Assembly (NCBI GenBank): GCA_003990765.1
Contig: RBNJ01000068.1
Coordinates: forward strand, 1 to 44,345
Source: Jimgerdemannia flammicorona
Lineage: Eukaryota
Direction of reading: 5' to 3'
Length of the DNA stretch: 44,345 bases
Positions within the stretch are counted from its first letter, which is position 1, and the number at the start of each line of letters is the position of its first letter. Positions 38,524 through 44,345 of the stretch are shown piece by piece. Both the position numbers and the translations under genes were made by a program. Under the pieces are notes generated by a model that made no database searches, was not told the origin of the DNA, and worked only from the letters and a program-made list of their open reading frames with translations.

Positions 38524-39750
38524 TCATTTAGTTAGACATGTTATAAAATACTCTGGATATGACTGCACGATAAAACATAGGCCCCACAACAAAATACTCA
38601 GACACAGCATCTGCAAGGCAACTTCCACCTTATCCCACACGACCCTACCAATCTGTATGATGATCCACCAGGTGAAGAAAGTGCCGCCAATGGCCTTCAT
38701 TGGCTCGACCTCGTACACGGTCCCACACCACAAGGTCGCGATGTACACCGCGAGCTCGATAACGAAACTCTCCAATGTATTTCCCAGGTCGATCAGCATG
38801 GCGACGTGGCCTGCAAAGACGGCCCAGAAGCATACGCCCACGTCGAAAACGCGCATCCACGTCATTGGTGGCCTCTGGCCTGTACTGATGATCGACACCA
38901 TCCAGCCACCCACGAGCGCCAGGGCAAATACCTTACACCTGCCTAGGGAGAAGCTATCGTCGATCCAAACGAAGACGCCCCACCATGATACATAGCCCCT
39001 AAACCCGAAGTGGACCATCAGCAGCAGCACGGTCAGTGTCCCCACGATCCCGACCTCGCAGTACAGGGCCACGAAGGCGTACACAATGGCGACCTCGCCG
39101 AAAATTTCACCTCCTTCCCACCTTCGTCTGGAGAATGTGTACAAGGCGCCCCATAGCAAGCATCCAGTGAGCATCACGTAGTCTCTTCGTGAGTCACCTG
39201 CCGGCCAGTATCGAGACCCAGCCATCACCGCGAGGCAAATAAGGTGCCCGAGCAATTCCCATACTATAACGGGTACCATCAAGAACAGCCGGCGGATTAA
39301 ATCGAAGACATGGTGGACTTCGAACAGGATAACCACCGAGAGAGCAAACAGAGCAACGGCGACAAACCAGAGGATGTTTATGAAGGTGATGAAACCGGAC
39401 ACCCGACGCATGTATGATAGCTCTGAAGATACTAGGATCCAGTCGTAAGATGGGAAGCCGGACTTCAAGAGCAAGACGACGTGGTCGAGATTGTAGTCGA
39501 TGGGTGACAAGAACGCAGCCTCTGCGGTGGGAGAGTCGTTCGGATAGCACGCGCGATAAATCAAACCAAGGATTCGGTTTTGCTCTTGTATGAGTTGTGC
39601 CGAGGTTAGGCCAAGGTTATTGGCTACCCAGCGGAGCTCATCCAGCTGGTTTATCAGACCGTGGATTAACATGAAGGTGGGCGGGTGTTTGATTTTGGAG
39701 ATGGAGGAGGAGAGGAGGTCGAGTGCGGACGGGGTGATTAGGGGGGCCAT
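38524..39750 (-). CDS. Intronless 408-aa multi-pass membrane protein, unknown function
   Basis: Uninterrupted ATG-to-TGA ORF, CpG retained, roughly 8-10 hydrophobic segments after residue ~115, upstream TATA. Confidence 0.85.
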   Translation of the reverse strand: MAPLITPSALDLLSSSISKIKHPPTFMLIHGLINQLDELRWVANNLGLTSAQLIQEQNRILGLIYRACYPNDSPTAEAAFLSPIDYNLDHVVLLLKSGFPSYDWILVSSELSYMRRVSGFITFINILWFVAVALFALSVVILFEVHHVFDLIRRLFLMVPVIVWELLGHLICLAVMAGSRYWPAGDSRRDYVMLTGCLLWGALYTFSRRRWEGGEIFGEVAIVYAFVALYCEVGIVGTLTVLLLMVHFGFRGYVSWWGVFVWIDDSFSLGRCKVFALALVGGWMVSIISTGQRPPMTWMRVFDVGVCFWAVFAGHVAMLIDLGNTLESFVIELAVYIATLWCGTVYEVEPMKAIGGTFFTWWIIIQIGRVVWDKVEVALQMLCLSILLWGLCFIVQSYPEYFITCLTK

Positions 39751-39796
39751 GCTGAGGGAAGACAGGTTACGTGCGTTCTCCTCGTGAGTGATGCAG

Positions 39797-39803
39797 TTTA
39801 TAT
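39797..39803 (-). promoter_or_regulatory. TATA box candidate for the 408-aa gene
   Basis: ATATAAA on the minus strand ~50 bp upstream of the ATG, in a CpG-rich region. Confidence 0.5.
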
Positions 39804-40719
39804 CTCGAGTGACTGTTTAACTACGCCACAATACCCCAAGTTCCCGAAAGGACTTCAATGAAAAATAATTTGAATTCGATGGCCATTTGCTCGATAGAAC
39901 GGCAGAGCGTCCGCCATTCTAAAAGGCGGAAGTGGGTTAAATTTTGGTCATCTGTCGTGGAGTTACAATGGAAAACGTCCACATGGTAAGTGTCAAACTA
40001 TTGAGACGCAAACAAATACACGGACTGGGGCGGTTCAGTTTGGCAGTTCGGCATCTATGATGTCATCACCAGTTGCTATCGGGAATTCATTTTTTATTTT
40101 TTATCTCTGAGAAAATTTTTAGATTATAAATAATAGATAAATTGAGTTATAATTATCTAATAGAAGATATAAATTTGAAAAATCTATTATTATTATTATT
40201 TTAAAAAAAAATTGCTAAAAAAATTCTTAAGAGATAAATTAAATATATTAATTATAAGATATTTATTTTAAAATAATTTAAATAATTAATTGAAAATAAT
40301 AAATAAATAAATTTTAATTAATTTAATTATAATAAAATTTATTTTATAATTAAATAAAGTTATTAAAATGTTTAGTTATTTATTATAGCAGACCATTATG
40401 AGGATCAGACCATTATAAGCAAAATACAAATTTGGATAGAGAGGTTTAATACCAATCTACACTATCTATTCATATTATTAGTTTTATCAATTCTTTAAGT
40501 TCTTTATTAAATCAATAAAAATAACAAAATTGATACTTAAAATTTAAAATTTACTAAATTTAAATATAAGTGAGCTATTAAAACTGTAAAGAAGTGTAGT
40601 TTTCATAGCAAATATCTACTAATGAGATGTAAGAAGTAGATTGTTGAGATTGTTAACTATAATGTTTACAGATAAAGAATATCTTATTTTTATCAGAATT
40701 AGATTTTGAGTGCAATAAA

Positions 40720-40895
40720 GACTATAGTCTATAATAAAGGCTGTCATAAGATCTATGATAAAGACTTATAATGAGGGCTATAATAAGAGCTACAATGAGA
40801 GCTATGAGGGCTGCAAGAGCTATAAAGACTATGAAGACTATGATGAGGGCTATGATAAGAGCTGCTATAATATATAAGAGCTATAATGAGATAGG
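40720..40895. repeat. Degenerate 9/12-bp tandem repeat (CTATGATGAGGG-like)
   Basis: Repeated CTAT(G/A)AT(G/A)AG(A/G)G units. Confidence 0.65.
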
Positions 40896-41129
40896 CTTGA
40901 TTTTATTGTATTTAACCTCTTTACTTCAATAGTATAATTGTTGATACAATGTCTAATGACTTTAGCAGTATCTTTAAATGTGAACTCTAACTTATACTTC
41001 TTTGTCTTAGTATTTATATTATATTCTAGGTAGATAACAATAGTAGATCCAATTGATAGAGTACTTGTTATTGATCCAATATATACTTTGCTTCAAGTTC
41101 TAGAAAGTTAGAAAGAGGAACTGATCAGA

Positions 41130-41280
41130 TATTAAAATATAGTTCAATCTTAAAATACAGTTTAAAATATAGTTTAATCTCAAAATACAGTTTAATCTCA
41201 AAATGTAATTCAATCTCAAAATGCAATTTAATCTCAGAATACAGTTCAATATTGAAATATAGTTTAATATTAAAATATAT
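41130..41280. repeat. ~18-bp tandem repeat (AAAATACAGTTCAATCTC-like)
   Basis: About eight degenerate copies. Confidence 0.75.
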
Positions 41281-43589
41281 AATATCTTATCTTTTTTTTA
41301 TAATAATAATCTAAAGCTATATTGGTAGTTTTTCATACTTCTGAAATAGATTTGAATTGAAGTTTGATGGTCACAATTATTGACTCTACTGGAGATTTAT
41401 CATCAAGTTCAACTTCATTATTATTTAAAGTTAGATTATACATAGCTTTGAAATGTGCCTTTTGGTTTATAGCTGAAAAAAATCTCAAAAGGAGTTATTC
41501 TATAGACAGAATAAATATGAGTATTATATTCAATAAGTATTAGATGAAGAATACTAATTTATTTAACCTTTTGTTCTTTCTTGTCTTTATCCTAGAGTAT
41601 CTTTATAAGTATGTCCATAGTCTAATTGAGTCATTCAACTTAATCTTGGCTCTGAGAATGGTAAGAATGACCATATCTAATATTAATTTATAACAGAATA
41701 TAAATATATTTTGGAAATAAGATTTCAAAGATTACAATTTTGAAATTTGAACTAAATTAAACTATACTTATATGGAGTATTTTATATAATAGCTCAATTA
41801 CACTCTAAGTAGATTCCTTACCATTATTAGATTGAAGAATTCTGAGAGTATCAATAATTACAAATAGTTACAATAGTATATTGCTGATATCTACTTGGTT
41901 TTTGTTAAATAATGGAATTATCTACAAATGTTTTAAAAAGATATTAATGATAGTCAAAATCCAATAGTAGCTATTGTTTTTAGCCTCAAACTTACTCATA
42001 TTAATCAGATTTATCTGAAGATATTCTATAGATGCTCAGGCTATAATTAGAGTAAAGTCATTATCTTCCTTAATGTTGAAGCTTAACTATATATAATTGG
42101 GAAAATTTTGAACATACTTAGCTATCTCAGCCTATAGAATATCTGAGTTCAATTTCAAAATCAGTACCTATATATCAATTTCGAAATTGATAACTTTATC
42201 ATTTTCAAAAATTAACAATATACTTATATATATCTTACAAATTATAGCAAAAGTTTTGTAATAATCACTATGGTCTACCTTTATGTAAAATTTAGCTAGA
42301 GTTTTTGCACATCTCTTTTTTCAAAAGTTAGATATTAAAGGCTTAATTGAGAAGGATTTCAGAAATAGTACATCTTTATTAGAATCTTCAGAGTTGTATT
42401 TTATAATATATTGGCTGCATTGTCTATGAAAATTGGAATAGTTTTTGGAAGATATTAGAAATTTCTTAGTTTTTAAATAAGAAACTATCTTATTCCATTT
42501 CTCTTCAATCTTAACTTAAACAGAGACTACTATTGTTGAGAAAGATTGGGGGAGATAAATTAATAGGGAGAGAGAATAATATACCAAAAATATTTATTCT
42601 CTATTTTACTATGGAATATTAAATTTAAAAATATACTATTGATATATATTATTTCCTTTATCTAACTAATTAGATATATACTGTGATTTTGATTATACAT
42701 ATGAGATAAACAATATAATCATCTGTTTTCAGTCTCTATCCTCTCTTCTTTCTTTAAATCTCTTTTTTCTCTCTCTCTTAAAAAATATATATACATATCC
42801 AAGTTATTTATAAAATACTCTATACTACTGCAGTTGACTCTATTGCAAAAAGACTACCTGGCAATATATATATGACAAAAACTCTATCTAGAAAAGAAGC
42901 AAGATTATAATTCTGTAAGGTACTAAAACAACTCTCAAATCAAGAGGTAACTAATTCTCTATATTATATAGTAGTTTATAGCATTGTAAAGGTTAGTATA
43001 TATTAACTCTAAATTACCAACTGATCAATCTTTTAAACAATCAACTAACTTATAATATATATTTTTCTCTAAGTATATGTCTATTAAACTTGAATTACAA
43101 ACTGTCCAATTTATCTTTAAAGAGTTTGATAATGAGAAATTTCTCCTTAACAACTTGTTAGTTCTCACTCAATTGAGAAGAGTATGGTTAGTCAATGATG
43201 AACAAATTGTAGGTACTAGAAACAGAATATATTTCTTTGATGAGACAAATGGCTATAGATATAAAGTTCAAAATTTAAAATTATATCTATGTATCATTTT
43301 CATTATACTAATATTATAAATTGAAGATAAATAAATAAATTTTGAAATTGAATTTTAAAATTGAATTTAAATTTGAATTTGAATTATTTGAATTTTGATT
43401 AAAAAGTGACTTAGGAGTAAAATAACAGCCACTAAATCTGTTCATTAGTATAATAATAATAACTCTATGATAATAATTATCTTTCTTAAATATACTATCA
43501 AGAGAAAGAGTGGCCAAGTAATAATAAATTCTCTCTCAAATCTGATAACTCTACCATAACAATTATCTCTTCTCAATCTACTAAGAATC

Positions 43590-43842
43590 TATATCTAAAG
43601 CTCTCTAAGATATATCTAAAGCTTATAAGATTACAAGATTGCAGAGCATAGAGTTATAGGGTGTAAGCTATATCTAAAGCTCTTATAAGATTATAAGATT
43701 ATAGAGTACTGACTATCTGAAGCTCTTATAAGATTGTAAGATTACAGAGTACTGACTATTTAAAGCTCTTATAAGATTATAGAATACCGGCTATGTTTGA
43801 AGCTCTCATAAGATTGTAAGATTGCAGAGTATTGGCTATATC
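43590..43842. repeat. ~43-bp minisatellite
   Basis: Repeats of TATCTAAAGCTCTTATAAGATTATAAGATTATAGAGTACTGAC, cut by the hAT end at 43843. Confidence 0.85.
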
Positions 43843-44345
43843 TAGTGCTCCGAACAAATGGAGTTGATCCGGATGAGATTCGATTCAGATTCGTCATGTG
43901 ATGGATTCGAATCAACTCGGATTGGTCTCGTGATCTGATCCGGATTGATCTGGATTGATCTGGATTGATCCATCCGGATTGATCCATCCGGATTGACCAT
44001 CCGGATTGACCCATCCGGATTGACCCATCCAGATTGACCCATTCGGATTGAAATCTTTGGTGACGTCACCCTTTCTTTTGTTCATTTCGCTCTTGTTTTT
44101 TTTTCCTGCCGCACTTTGGTGACATCACCCTTTCCTTTGTTCCCTCTCTTTTCTTTGTTCTTTTTCTTTGTTCTTTCCTGCCGCATCACGAGCAAACAAA
44201 ACAGCAGCCCTAAATTCGTACATTGGTCCAGTCTACTCATTTTTCACCTTGCAATGATCGTCAAAAGAGGGAGTATTCGAGGTGGAAACGCACTCTCTGC
44301 TGACAATGTTAGATTCTTTCTCATATGGACAGCACACAAGCTGCT
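43843..44345. mobile_element. Left end of a young hAT-type element (TAGTGCTCC group) running off the window
   Basis: Starts TAGTGCTCCGAAC as at 20775, with subterminal CCATCCGGATTGA tandem repeats and CpG retained. Confidence 0.85.

Noticed and set aside
38420-38995. 191-aa + strand ORF
   Set aside because: It is antisense to the 408-aa gene and has no recognisable motif.
43769-44069. Repetitive minus-strand ORFs
   Set aside because: They are translations of hAT subterminal repeats.

Overview
This is eukaryotic, repeat-dominated DNA. Short GT-AG introns, a fungal-type cyclin motif and CpG-depleted repeats suggest an early-diverging fungus, which is an inference. Left to right it holds: (1) the 3' half of a Ty3/Gypsy LTR retrotransposon with a large extra ORF after integrase; (2) two oppositely oriented tandem arrays of a ~178-bp unit made of an 84-nt exon encoding one 28-aa ribonuclease-inhibitor/NLRC3-type leucine-rich repeat plus a ~95-nt intron; (3) two full-length decayed L1/Tx1-like LINEs with target-site duplications (TSDs); (4) a decayed PIF/Harbinger element; (5) four members of a hAT-type MITE family of different ages; (6) foldback palindromes; (7) a B-type cyclin pseudogene; (8) one intact, intronless, CpG-rich gene for a 408-aa multi-pass membrane protein. 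The most unusual structure is the exon+intron LRR cassette array, which has higher-order periodicity and an inverted sister copy. All calls come from reading the sequence by eye; no database searches were run.
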